Assembly (NCBI GenBank): GCA_025454155.1
Contig: JALOOZ010000001.1
Location: forward strand, 1-48,892
Source: Thermodesulfobacteriota bacterium
GTDB taxonomy: Bacteria; Desulfobacterota; Desulfomonilia; UBA1062
Length of the DNA stretch: 48,892 nt
Direction: 5' to 3'
The stretch's first letter is position 1; each line of letters starts with the position of its first letter. The notes under the pieces are model-generated. The model was given only the letters and a program-made list of their open reading frames with translations, was not told the origin of the DNA and did no database searches. The position numbers and the translations under genes are program-made. Below are positions 39,585 through 48,892 of the stretch, piece after piece.

Positions 39585-40874
39585 ATGTACTGGGACAGGA
39601 AAGACGAATGCATCTCCCGTGACGAACTCGGTGAGCTCCAGCTCAAGCGGCTGAAGAAGACCCTGCAGAGGGCGGCAGCGTCCCCCTTCTACCGGGATCG
39701 GGGCATCAAGGACATTCAAATATCCGGCCTTTCAGACATCCGCAAGCTCCCCTTCACCACCAAGGACGACCTGCGGGATGCGTATCCCTACGGCATGGTG
39801 AGCTGCCCCCTGGACAAGGTGGTCAGGCTCCACTCATCTTCGGGCACCACCGGTACCCCAACGGTGGTCTACCACTCCATCAAGGACATCGACAAATGGA
39901 CCGAGCTGGTGGCCCGTTGCCTGTACATGATAGGGATGAGAGAGAGCGATGTCTTCCAGAACATGATCGGCTACGGGCTGTTTACCGGGGGTCTCGGCCT
40001 GCACTACGGGGCCGAGCGCCTCGGGTGCCTCACCATCCCCACCGGGCCGGGCAACACCAAACGGCAGCTCAAGTTCATGAAGGACTTCGCCACGAGCGCC
40101 ATCCACGTGATCCCGAGCTATGCCCTGCACCTTGCCGACGAGGTGGAATCCCTCGGAATCGATCCAAGGAATGAATTCCCCCGCCTGAAGTATGCCCTCC
40201 TGGGTGCGGAGCCCCACACGGAGGAGACGAGGAGGAAGGTGGAAGACTTCTTCGGCATCGCCGCCTTCAACTCCTACGGCCTGTCCGAGATGAACGGACC
40301 GGGCGTGGCCTTCGAGTGTCCGGCCAGGGACGGCATGCACATCTGGGAAGACGCCTTCCTCGTGGAGATCATCGATCCCGAGACACACCAGCATGTTGCA
40401 CCCGGCGAAAAGGGCGAGCTCGTGCTCACCACGCTGCAGCGGGAGGCAATGCCCATCCTGCGATACCGCACCAAGGACCTCACCTCGCTTGTCTCCGGAC
40501 CCTGCTCCTGCGGCAGGACCCATCACCGGATCACCAGGATCACCGGCCGCAGCGACGACATGCTCATCCTGAAAGGCGTCAACATCTTCCCCATGCAGAT
40601 CGAGGCCGTGCTCATCGGAATCCCCGGCGTGGGGAGGAACTACCAGATCACCCTGGAATCAAAGGGGCACAACGACCATATGATCGTGAAGGTGGAGATC
40701 GACTCGAGTCTTTCCATCAACGACTACAAATCGCTGGATACTCTCAGGAAGAGGATCGGCAGGGAGCTCAGGGACGAGATCCTCATCACGCCAGACGTGG
40801 TGTTGTGCGAACCGGGCGGGATCCCGGTGGCCCAGGGCAAGGCGGTACGGGTGGTGGACAACCGAACTCTGTGA
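39585..40874 (+). CDS. paaK: Phenylacetate-CoA ligase family protein
   Basis: LPFTTKDDLR, HSSSGTTG, GYGLFTGGLGLHYGAE, YGLSE and GRSDDMLILKGVNIFP. Confidence 0.9.
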   Translation: MYWDRKDECISRDELGELQLKRLKKTLQRAAASPFYRDRGIKDIQISGLSDIRKLPFTTKDDLRDAYPYGMVSCPLDKVVRLHSSSGTTGTPTVVYHSIKDIDKWTELVARCLYMIGMRESDVFQNMIGYGLFTGGLGLHYGAERLGCLTIPTGPGNTKRQLKFMKDFATSAIHVIPSYALHLADEVESLGIDPRNEFPRLKYALLGAEPHTEETRRKVEDFFGIAAFNSYGLSEMNGPGVAFECPARDGMHIWEDAFLVEIIDPETHQHVAPGEKGELVLTTLQREAMPILRYRTKDLTSLVSGPCSCGRTHHRITRITGRSDDMLILKGVNIFPMQIEAVLIGIPGVGRNYQITLESKGHNDHMIVKVEIDSSLSINDYKSLDTLRKRIGRELRDEILITPDVVLCEPGGIPVAQGKAVRVVDNRTL

Positions 40875-41007
40875 CGGTCCTGCATGGCAGGGAGAGAAGC
40901 CCAGAAATGCACCCCTCCATACGATTCTGACGGCAGCATGACAGGGATCTTCAGAGGGTGGTTCTGCATGCCGCCCGGGAAGGCGGCGGGAGGGACTGTT
41001 CAAGTGT

Positions 41008-41208
41008 TCAGCCGGTCTTGTCCCCCTTGTTCTTGTCCTCCAGGTCGCCTTTGGGGGTCTTGTCGCCCGAGTCTGTCACCGCGGACTTGAAGTTCTTGAT
41101 CCCCTTGCCCAGAGCGCTTCCCACCTCGGGGAGCTTTCCTGCACCGAATATCACGAGTACGATCACCAGAATGACGATCAGTTCTGTCATGCCGAGTCCG
41201 CCAAACAT
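41008..41208 (-). CDS. tatA: Twin-arginine translocase subunit TatA
   Basis: [41 protein letters not shown]. Confidence 0.95.
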   Translation of the reverse strand: MFGGLGMTELIVILVIVLVIFGAGKLPEVGSALGKGIKNFKSAVTDSGDKTPKGDLEDKNKGDKTG

Positions 41209-41337
41209 TGTCCTGTCCTCCTTCTGTCGGTAAGGTAAAGCCTTATCACATCGTCAGGCCCAAGGCAACTCCCACGGGCTTAAAGCAGGGTTCATTCCGG
41301 TTGTGCTCGAAAAAGGATTCCAGTACAGTACCTCCCT

Positions 41338-43095
41338 ATGCCTGAATCGTTCTCGCACAGATGCCTGTACATCGACTTGGGAACCCGGGACGTGCGCAGG
41401 GAACAGCTCGAGACGGATATCTCCCTGGCCTTCCTCGGCGGCAGGGGCATCGGGACTTACTTCCTCGGCATGTCGCCAACACTTGAAGCCGTTGACGCAT
41501 GCAGTCCCCTCATCTTCGCCGCAGGTCCGCTGACCGGTACCAGGATCCCCTCGTCCGGCCGCATGGTGATATCGGCCTTCTCGCCGCTCACGAACACGGT
41601 GTGCAGCTGCTCGGTGGGGGGCGGGCTCGCCCTGCAGATGATACAGGCGGGAATCGACATCATCCATGTTACGGGCAGGGCCGACCGTCAGAGCGTCATC
41701 CTGATCCTGGACGGCACGGTCACCATCGAGGAGGTCCCCATGCCGGAGGATCTCCCCTTGTCAGCTGTCTTCGAGGGGCTGAAGCCCCCGGGCGGCTCGG
41801 TAGCTGCCATAGGCGAGGCGGCCTTCAAGGGATGCCTGTATGCCTCCATCATGGTGGACTCATCCTTTGCCTCGGGAAGGGGGGGGCTGGGACTGGTCAT
41901 GGCTTCCAAGAACCTCCGTGCCCTGTCGGTCAGGGGCTCAGGCCGGGCAAACCGGCCTGTCCCGGACAGGAAAGCCGAAGAGACCTCCCGCAGGGACATC
42001 CTCAGACTTTTCGACGCATCGCCGTTCATCATGGGCCGCTCCGGCATCGGAACCTACGGCACCCCGTCGCTGGTCGACCTCATGGCCTCGCGCCGCATGA
42101 TGCCCACGGCCAACTTCCGCAGGACCTTCTTCGAGGGTTACCGGGCCTTTTCCGGCACCACCATCAGGGAACAGCTCCGGCCAAGTCGCTATGCCTGCCA
42201 CGGCTGCCCCATCGCGTGCAAGCAGCGGTCAGGTGGAGAGATACCCGAATACGAGACGCTCTCGCACTTCGGGGCCCTCAACGAGAACGACGACCTCTCG
42301 GCCATCATCGAGGCAAACCACATCTGCAACAACGCCGGCATGGACACCATCAGCGCCGCGTCCACCATCGCCTGTCTGGCGGAGATCAGGGAGGAGCGTT
42401 ACACCGGCGGTGTGCTGGTGGACAAGGTGCGGTTGATCCTTGGAACTGACCGTGAGGCCGAGCTGCTCCGGCAGGGTTCCGCACGGCTGGCGGTCGAGCT
42501 GGGGTCTCCGGAGAAATCCATGAGCGTCAAAAGCCTGGAGCTCCCGGCCTATGATCCCCGGGGCGCATACGGCATGGCATTGGCCTACGGGACCTCCACC
42601 AGGGGGGGGTGCCACCTGCGGGCCTACCCCATCGCCCACGAGATCCTCCGCAAGCCGGTGGCAACAGACCGCTTCTCCTTTGCAGGCAAGGCCCGCATCA
42701 TCAAGCTCGCCGAGGACCTGGGCGCGGTCATCGACTCCATCGGCGCCTGCAAGTTCGCCTTCCTGGGGGCCTCATTGGAGGAATATGCCCGGGGCTTTTC
42801 CGCCGTGACCGGACTTCCGCATGACACCCAGGCTCTCATGCGCTCCGGTGACACCATCTACACCCTCGAGCGCTACATCAATACCCTGCGGGGCTTTTCC
42901 AGGAATGACGACTTGCTGCCGGAGCGCTTTTTCCGGGAGCCCGGTACACCCGGGCCGGGCATCGACATACCCCCGCTCGCCAAAGACGCCTATGAGGAGG
43001 CCCTCGACAGATACTACCGGATCCGCGGCTGCAACCCGGACGGGACCCTCACGGACATCCGTCTGAAAGGGCTGGAGATATGCTCGATCAGATAG
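41338..43095 (+). CDS. Aldehyde:ferredoxin oxidoreductase (W/Mo AOR family)
   Basis: LGGRGIG, SPLT, GRGGLGLVMASKNL, CHGCPIAC, PEYET, GMDTIS, YDPRG and RGGCHL. Confidence 0.9.
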   Translation: MPESFSHRCLYIDLGTRDVRREQLETDISLAFLGGRGIGTYFLGMSPTLEAVDACSPLIFAAGPLTGTRIPSSGRMVISAFSPLTNTVCSCSVGGGLALQMIQAGIDIIHVTGRADRQSVILILDGTVTIEEVPMPEDLPLSAVFEGLKPPGGSVAAIGEAAFKGCLYASIMVDSSFASGRGGLGLVMASKNLRALSVRGSGRANRPVPDRKAEETSRRDILRLFDASPFIMGRSGIGTYGTPSLVDLMASRRMMPTANFRRTFFEGYRAFSGTTIREQLRPSRYACHGCPIACKQRSGGEIPEYETLSHFGALNENDDLSAIIEANHICNNAGMDTISAASTIACLAEIREERYTGGVLVDKVRLILGTDREAELLRQGSARLAVELGSPEKSMSVKSLELPAYDPRGAYGMALAYGTSTRGGCHLRAYPIAHEILRKPVATDRFSFAGKARIIKLAEDLGAVIDSIGACKFAFLGASLEEYARGFSAVTGLPHDTQALMRSGDTIYTLERYINTLRGFSRNDDLLPERFFREPGTPGPGIDIPPLAKDAYEEALDRYYRIRGCNPDGTLTDIRLKGLEICSIR

Positions 43096-44210
43096 ACTCC
43101 TTCCTTAGGAAGCTCCTGGCCCACGGCCTCGTCTCCAACCCCGCAGAGGCCCAGCTCTACGCCCTGGACGACGAGATCTATACCAACCGGGACACGGTCC
43201 CCGACGAAGTCATCTCGCTGTTCGATGCACTGAACATCAGCAGCCTCATCATCGCGAGGCCAGAGCCGCTTCGGTGGGCCATCATATCCGAGCTGCTCCG
43301 TTCGCAGGCCGACATCATCTCCCCCTCCGACTCGGAAAGCCTCACCTTCATCCACGACATCCCTGTGGTGCGCTCGTTCCAGGCGGGCAGGGTTGCCTGG
43401 GCCTTGAGCAGACGCAAGGGCTGCATCGTCGAGGGGCTCGGGATCATCACGACCGGGGCCGTATCCCTGGAGCAGGCCTTCATAGCGTTCAGCTCCATCT
43501 GTTTCGCCACCTTTGTCAAGTATTTCAGCGATGTGCTGAACGGCCTCACCGGACATGCACCAAGGCCGTCTGCCGAAGAGATCGCTGCCTGCAGGGGATA
43601 TCTCTCGAGTATCTCCCTGAAGGCGGAGGGAATCAACCTTTCCCCGCAGACCCCGATGGGCGAGATGGGGATCATCTCCGCCATGGATGCCGCAGGAAAG
43701 GCCATGGTGTCAGCGGGGCTGGTGGACTCTTTTTTCGGCAACATATCCCTGAAAGAGGGCCTCCTTATCTACATATCCCAGACAGGGTCCTCCCTGGACG
43801 AGCTCCAGGGCCGCATCGACTGCACGACCATGGACGGCTCCTCTACCTGCGAAATCACCTCTTCCTCGGAACTCTGTGCCCACGTGAGGATCTACGAACT
43901 CACCGGCACCCGGGTCATCATACACGGCCACCCGAGATTCTCGGTGATCATGTCCATGATGGGCGGCCCTTTGGACTTCGATCAGAAGAGGCATGTGGGA
44001 GGTGTCCCGGTTGTGGCCGGCGAAGTGGGGGCAGGGGCAAGGGGTCTCATGCACACGCTGCCGGAGGCCATGATGGCAGGCCATGCTGCCATCGTCGCCG
44101 GCCACGGCACCTTCGCCTGCTCGGACACCTCTTTTCGTGAGGCCTTCGAGAGGCTCGCAGCCGTTGAGCAGATGTGCCTGGGCATGTACAGGACCGCCCT
44201 CAAGGCCTGA
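43080..44210 (+). CDS. Class II aldolase/adducin family protein
   Basis: GLVDSFFGNIS, SSELCAH, IIHGHP and GHG metal-binding motifs in the C-terminal half. Confidence 0.82.
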   Translation: MLDQIDSFLRKLLAHGLVSNPAEAQLYALDDEIYTNRDTVPDEVISLFDALNISSLIIARPEPLRWAIISELLRSQADIISPSDSESLTFIHDIPVVRSFQAGRVAWALSRRKGCIVEGLGIITTGAVSLEQAFIAFSSICFATFVKYFSDVLNGLTGHAPRPSAEEIAACRGYLSSISLKAEGINLSPQTPMGEMGIISAMDAAGKAMVSAGLVDSFFGNISLKEGLLIYISQTGSSLDELQGRIDCTTMDGSSTCEITSSSELCAHVRIYELTGTRVIIHGHPRFSVIMSMMGGPLDFDQKRHVGGVPVVAGEVGAGARGLMHTLPEAMMAGHAAIVAGHGTFACSDTSFREAFERLAAVEQMCLGMYRTALKA

Positions 44211-44369
44211 AAGATCGCGTCTATTTTCCCGGGAAGGACAGGGGCCTCCCATGGACAAGCCACCACCCGGAGCAGGGGGGATGGGCTGGCGAATCCTCGA
44301 TCTGCATCTATGTGTTGACATCTCCATGAAAATACCGGACAAAAAAGACGGTTCAAAGGGGGATGGGCT

Positions 44370-44702
44370 ATGAGAAAGATCCTTGTTCTCTGCATCGGCG
44401 CTCTTCTCATCGGGACTGCGGCATCCGCCAAGGAGTATGCCATCATCAGGAACACCATGTTCGGCGGACAAAAGATCGAGGTGTACAAGAGCCTGAATGA
44501 TGCCCTCGACAATTACTCGGGCCAGGGCAAGATCTATGAAATCACCCTCACACCGGTACCCCTCAAGCGGGTGGAAAGCAAGAAAAGGATAGAGGTATCC
44601 GAGTTCAGGTGGACGGTGGATGAAAAGTACGAAAAGCCTGAAAAGGGACCCAAGCCCGAGAAGGTGGAGAAGGCCGACAAGAACGCCGCACAGAAGAAAT
44701 AG
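44370..44702 (+). CDS. Hypothetical exported protein
   Basis: Signal peptide MRKILVLCIGALLIGTAASA and a Lys/Glu-rich tail. Confidence 0.7.
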   Translation: MRKILVLCIGALLIGTAASAKEYAIIRNTMFGGQKIEVYKSLNDALDNYSGQGKIYEITLTPVPLKRVESKKRIEVSEFRWTVDEKYEKPEKGPKPEKVEKADKNAAQKK

Positions 44703-44821
44703 TCTGTCGGATTCATTCCGTTGGACACCCTTTCCATGATACCGATTGACCGTGACGTGCAGTTTGGCTAACCTATGACGAATGACAGACAACTACCTCT
44801 GAGAATGAAAGGAGGATAGCC

Positions 44822-45097
44822 ATGGACGAGTACGAAGCCCAAGCAAGGAAGATCCAGTTACAGAGAAAACACAGTATGCACGAGGAGACTCTGGCCAGGG
44901 TCATTCAGGATCTCGAAGAAAATCTCGCACGTCACGATAAATACACCGGTCCTGAGAGCATCTTTGCCCATGTGAAGGCAAATGCAGCAGCACTCCTCTT
45001 CCTCTGCCAGGAACGCAAACGAGACCGTGACAAGCGCAAGGGAGACTATAGCAAGCCCGTCCAGGAGCTGCCACCCTCGGGCAGTGACATCGTTTAG
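44822..45097 (+). CDS. Hypothetical protein (91 aa)
   Basis: Strong RBS AAGGAGG, followed downstream by a hairpin. Confidence 0.65.
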   Translation: MDEYEAQARKIQLQRKHSMHEETLARVIQDLEENLARHDKYTGPESIFAHVKANAAALLFLCQERKRDRDKRKGDYSKPVQELPPSGSDIV

Positions 45098-45121
45098 AAG
45101 CTGTTTTCCATGATCTCTCCC

Positions 45122-45152
45122 CCACCGATCCAGGGATGTCCTGGATCGGTGG
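45122..45152 (+). terminator. 13-bp perfect hairpin (probable terminator or stabiliser)
   Basis: CCACCGATCCAGG-GATGT-CCTGGATCGGTGG lies 24 bp after the stop at 45097, with a weak U-tract. Confidence 0.55.
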
Positions 45153-45357
45153 TGATTCATTGATTCCGGTTTCAAAATTGTTATTTGGTTTCAGCCTTTT
45201 GGGCGCCAGCACACCCCGTTATACCTTGTAGTTAATTGATATTGTTATTGTTTTCCTGAACTTGCATTTTCCGTCCACCTGTAGTAAAGGCAGTAACCAA
45301 TGCATTGTTCACCTGATACCCATTTGTTCAGGGCATTCTGCGGGGAGGCTCCATCCC

Positions 45358-46740
45358 ATGTTCAAAGACAATACTCCGTCTTTTGTACGGTTCTTTATCG
45401 TGATTTCCACGGCTGTTCTCCTGGGGCTGTTCATCTTGCCCCCGAGCGGTTCCTCCAGCACCGGGGCGACATCTGCTTCCACAGGCCCCCGCCTGGTGAA
45501 GGAGCGGTTGTCCCAGCGGCAGGAACCTGACGATCCAGTCGCGCCCACCAGGAAGATCGTCGTCATACGGAAGGGAGACCACTTCTCCGGCATCCTGGAA
45601 AAGGCGGGCATATCGAAAGGGGATGCCTTGTACATCGCGAGAAAGGCCGGCAAGGTCTACAGGCTCGGCAGGATGCTCCCTGGAAGCGAGCTGGAACTCT
45701 ATTTCACCCCTGACGGCAAGGGCCTCCAGGAAGTGGACTACAAGGTAAACAACCGCACCCGCCTCGTGCTGTACAACGGCAAGGTCATCCACCGTGAAAC
45801 ACGTGCAACCCTGAAGGCATCCCGGTCTTCCATACATACATCCGCTGCAGTGACAAAGAAGCTCCCTGTCCCAAGCACCCATCGCAAAGGCACACGGATC
45901 GGATCCAGGGGTCAAGGGGGTGGGGAGACGGTCTCATCTCCGTCAGCCGGTCAGCAGACCGACAGGATCTCTCCCGCCGGAACGGAGGCGGCAGTCACCC
46001 CGAAGATACCCAGCAGCATGCGCCTGGTGACTTTGTACGCCCCAGGTGCCTGCCGGGATACGGTGCATCCTTATCAGATGTCATATGGCCTCCTGGCCCA
46101 AGGAAAGGTCCCTTCTCCGGTTACAGCACCCTGGGATACGAAGTCGTTGTCGGGTGAATTCTCCAGGCCTGGGGAAAGGACCCATCGGTTCGCTGCGTCC
46201 CATGCCAAGCACCGGGTGAAAGCCGTCACTCGTGAAGACAAGTTCAAGAAGAAATCCAGGATAGCACAGAGGGCAGCAAAAAGGAGGCACCTTGACGACG
46301 GCTTCCTCAAGGCGCCCCTGGCATACCGGTACATATCTTCCGGCTTCACCAGCAGAAGGATACATCCCATAACGAACAACGCCCAGCCCCATTACGGCAT
46401 CGATTATGCCGCCCCGAGGGGAACCCCGGTGCATGCCATCGGATCGGGGCAGGTGATCTTCATGGGGTGGGACGGAGGTTTCGGCAAGACCATCCGCATC
46501 CGGCACAGGAACGGGTATATCTCGCACTATGGCCATCTGTCACGGTACACCCGGGGCGTCAGGGTCGGCAAACGGATAAACCGCGGAGAGATCATAGGCA
46601 ATGTCGGGATGACAGGGCTCGCCACGGGGCCCCACCTTGATTTCCGGATAACCCACCGGGGAAGCTTCATCAATCCCGCCGGTCTCGAGCAGCACCTCAA
46701 GAGGCTTTCCTCCCAAACGACCCGCAGGACGCGGGGTTGA
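45358..46740 (+). CDS. M23 family peptidoglycan endopeptidase (MepM/OapA-like)
   Basis: N-terminal TM segment, OapA/LysM-like IRKGDHFSGILEKAG, HYGIDYAAPRGTPV, YGHLS and GPHLDF. Confidence 0.88.
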   Translation: MFKDNTPSFVRFFIVISTAVLLGLFILPPSGSSSTGATSASTGPRLVKERLSQRQEPDDPVAPTRKIVVIRKGDHFSGILEKAGISKGDALYIARKAGKVYRLGRMLPGSELELYFTPDGKGLQEVDYKVNNRTRLVLYNGKVIHRETRATLKASRSSIHTSAAVTKKLPVPSTHRKGTRIGSRGQGGGETVSSPSAGQQTDRISPAGTEAAVTPKIPSSMRLVTLYAPGACRDTVHPYQMSYGLLAQGKVPSPVTAPWDTKSLSGEFSRPGERTHRFAASHAKHRVKAVTREDKFKKKSRIAQRAAKRRHLDDGFLKAPLAYRYISSGFTSRRIHPITNNAQPHYGIDYAAPRGTPVHAIGSGQVIFMGWDGGFGKTIRIRHRNGYISHYGHLSRYTRGVRVGKRINRGEIIGNVGMTGLATGPHLDFRITHRGSFINPAGLEQHLKRLSSQTTRRTRG

Positions 46741-47897
46741 CAGAGGGGGAGATTAGGTCTACCAACCGGGCCATGAGGTCAGGAACATCCCGGGTCAGCC
46801 CCCGGGCGCTCTGCATGCTGGCTTTCCTGCTGGCAGCTTATCCTCCCGAACTGCAGGCAGATGACCCGTCAAGGGAAGTACCTGTCTGTTCACAAAGGCT
46901 GCTTGCAGTAGGCGACATCATGCTCTCCGGCAGCGCCAGGCCAGTTTTCAGGGTGAAGGGTTACGCCTACGCCTTCCAGGACAGGGCCTTGGCGAGGCTC
47001 ACCTCCAGGGCCGACGTGGCGTTCGGCAACCTGGAATATCCCATCACACGTTCCGGATCCCCCATAAAGGACAAGAAATACACCTTCCGGGGTTCCCTTG
47101 AATCCCTCAAGGCCGTCAAGGGTGCGGGCTTCGACATGCTGTCCCTGGCGAACAACCACATCATGGACTATGGGGTGAAGGGACTGATGGACACCCTCAT
47201 GCAGTGCAGAAAGAACAGGCTTGTCCATGCAGGAGCCGGGACAGACCTGACAACGGCCAGCAGACCAGGGATAGTGGTCAGGAACGGGGTCAGATACGGC
47301 CTCCTGGCATATTCCATGACCTTTCCTGAGGACTTCTGGGCAACAAAGGACAGGCCGGGCACAGCCCATCCCGACATAACCCGGATGGATCTGGACATAC
47401 GGGCCGTCCGTCCGGCCGTGGATATCCTGATCGTGAGCTTCCACTGGGGCGAAGAGCTCATGCGCGAACCCAAGCAGTACCAGGTCGGATTCGCCCGGTA
47501 CGCCATCAGGAGCGGGGCCGACGTCGTGGTCGGCCACCACCCCCACGTACCCCAAGCCATCGAGATCTACCGCGGCAGACCCATCTTCTACAGCCTAGGC
47601 AACTACGCCTTCGGAAGCATCAGCAGCGCCTCCACCGTAAGCATCGCAGCCGAAACCATTTTCCAGAGGTACAATCCTGTGCAGGTGAACATCTACCCTC
47701 TGAACGTGTCCAACAAGGAGGTCGGCTTCCAGCCGAGGCTTGCCAAAGGGAATACCGCGGAAAAGATCATCGCTCACCTCCGGGAAATCTCCCTGCCTTT
47801 CGGTACTCCCATCAGTTTCAGGAAAGGAATCGGGACCATCACCATAGCACCGGAAGACGACCGGGCCACCCCCGCGGATAGGCCTGCCGGTTCATAA
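46737..47897 (+). CDS. CapA/PGA_cap metallophosphoesterase family protein (start may be ATG 46773)
   Basis: AVGDIML, GNLE, LANNHIMDYG, FHWGEE, GHHPHV and YSLGNY. Confidence 0.9.
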   Translation: MTEGEIRSTNRAMRSGTSRVSPRALCMLAFLLAAYPPELQADDPSREVPVCSQRLLAVGDIMLSGSARPVFRVKGYAYAFQDRALARLTSRADVAFGNLEYPITRSGSPIKDKKYTFRGSLESLKAVKGAGFDMLSLANNHIMDYGVKGLMDTLMQCRKNRLVHAGAGTDLTTASRPGIVVRNGVRYGLLAYSMTFPEDFWATKDRPGTAHPDITRMDLDIRAVRPAVDILIVSFHWGEELMREPKQYQVGFARYAIRSGADVVVGHHPHVPQAIEIYRGRPIFYSLGNYAFGSISSASTVSIAAETIFQRYNPVQVNIYPLNVSNKEVGFQPRLAKGNTAEKIIAHLREISLPFGTPISFRKGIGTITIAPEDDRATPADRPAGS

Positions 47898-47934
47898 TAT
47901 GGTCAAAGGCTCATGCCTTGCGCGCAACAAGGCC

Positions 47935-48678
47935 TCACTCCAGGTCCCTCCTCGATCTCAGGACTGCATATCCTTTGAACAGCACATACCCCGCCCAGGC
48001 ACAGGCCGCTAACATGACCAGAAACCCGAGCCATACCGCACCATGGGCAAGGGCATGGTCGTATTCGAGCAGTCCGAGGGTGCCCAGGATGTTCTCCCAG
48101 TCGTGGATGCCCGGGACATCCCTGCCCGTCACTCCGCCCAGCAGGGTCAGTTCCAGGGCCCGTGCATCGTTGATATAGGGGGCCATGTCGATGAAGTTCT
48201 CCCCGAACCACCACAGGGCCACGGAAGCACCGAAGGGATCTCTGGTCTTGAAGAGCAGTACGCCGGCACACAACAGGGGCATGATGAGCTGGAAAATGCT
48301 CCCCCCGAGCACGGTCATGAACTCGCCGAACGGCCTGAAGAAGATATGCCCTGCCTCGTGGAACGGCAGGTTCACAAAATGAAGGATCGTATTACCCGCC
48401 TCCCCGATGGGTGTGAAAAAAAGCTTGCATCCCCAGGCCACAAGTACCGCCAGGAGCATTACCTTCATGCCCAGGGTGACGGGGTCCGTGTCGGGTTTCA
48501 CGGAAAAGAGCAGTCCGCTGAGCGTTTCCTCGGGGAAAGAATCCATCGACGTATCATCCTTTCCCGGGTGGCCGTGATAAAAACCAGCCTTGTGGCTGAC
48601 CTTGGCAAAGATCACCCCGCACAGAAGGCATTCTCCATACCCGTCGGGCTGTTCATGGGCACACTTGGGGCAGATCAT
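47935..48678 (-). CDS. Zinc-ribbon membrane protein with HExxH (M50B-like peptidase)
   Basis: CPKC..CLLC ribbon, LPFHEAGH, multiple TM segments and HDW. Confidence 0.7.
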   Translation of the reverse strand: MICPKCAHEQPDGYGECLLCGVIFAKVSHKAGFYHGHPGKDDTSMDSFPEETLSGLLFSVKPDTDPVTLGMKVMLLAVLVAWGCKLFFTPIGEAGNTILHFVNLPFHEAGHIFFRPFGEFMTVLGGSIFQLIMPLLCAGVLLFKTRDPFGASVALWWFGENFIDMAPYINDARALELTLLGGVTGRDVPGIHDWENILGTLGLLEYDHALAHGAVWLGFLVMLAACAWAGYVLFKGYAVLRSRRDLE

Positions 48679-48892
48679 GGGTTCGCCGCCTCTATGAGCT
48701 GAGGGTGTCTGGTGGTCTGCCTCATGGTGACCATGTTGTCCCTTTCGGCACTTGGGTCTGATCATATGAAACAGGAACGAAAGAGGCATCTTCCCGCGCC
48801 ATTCATTCTATCGTCTGGACGTCAATGTCATTCCTGCGTATGATTATCTCCACGCCACGGCAGGCGTATGCTCGAACCGACTGAAGAGGGGG

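Noticed and set aside
40875-41007. Possible structured RNA between paaK and tatA
   Set aside because: Only imperfect stems and a short GC hairpin, consistent with termination between convergent genes. No SRP or 6S signature.
44276-44369. 12-bp direct repeat GGGGGATGGGCT
   Set aside because: Only two low-complexity copies, one being the RBS region. Not CRISPR-like or att-like.

Overview
This is a GC-rich bacterial chromosomal window, probably from an anaerobic Desulfobacterota/deltaproteobacterium. That assignment is an inference from the class III cytochrome c, W-type AOR, Vor-type 2-oxoacid oxidoreductase, bacterial NrpR and outer-membrane proteins. I found no rRNA, tRNA, CRISPR or mobile element. 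The outstanding feature is a ~22 kb region (1.4-23.2 kb), between lepA-hemW and clpB, encoding four different non-PFL glycyl radical enzymes (GREs) and three radical-SAM activating enzymes, each activase carrying a ferredoxin-like insert. They form three modules: TetR-GRE1 (with an N-terminal SCP2-like lipid-binding domain)-activase-Zn dehydrogenase; FadR-GRE2-hairpin-activase-tandem PNPOx-like protein-small ORF-GRE3, with a divergent atypical crotonase; and GRE4-activase. The active-site motifs resemble eliminases (GC-x-E) but match no characterised GRE that I can recall, suggesting uncharacterised anaerobic radical chemistry, possibly on lipid-like substrates. The rest of the window holds nrpR with its own GGAA-N6-TTCC operator, yggS, clpB and three hsp20 genes with sigma32-like promoters, a tetraheme cytochrome-PKD/CsgG-like/beta-barrel operon, a vor-type operon plus ACT protein, pgk-tpiA-secG, paaK, tatA, AOR plus class II aldolase, an M23 peptidase and CapA. 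All calls come from motif recognition without database searches.
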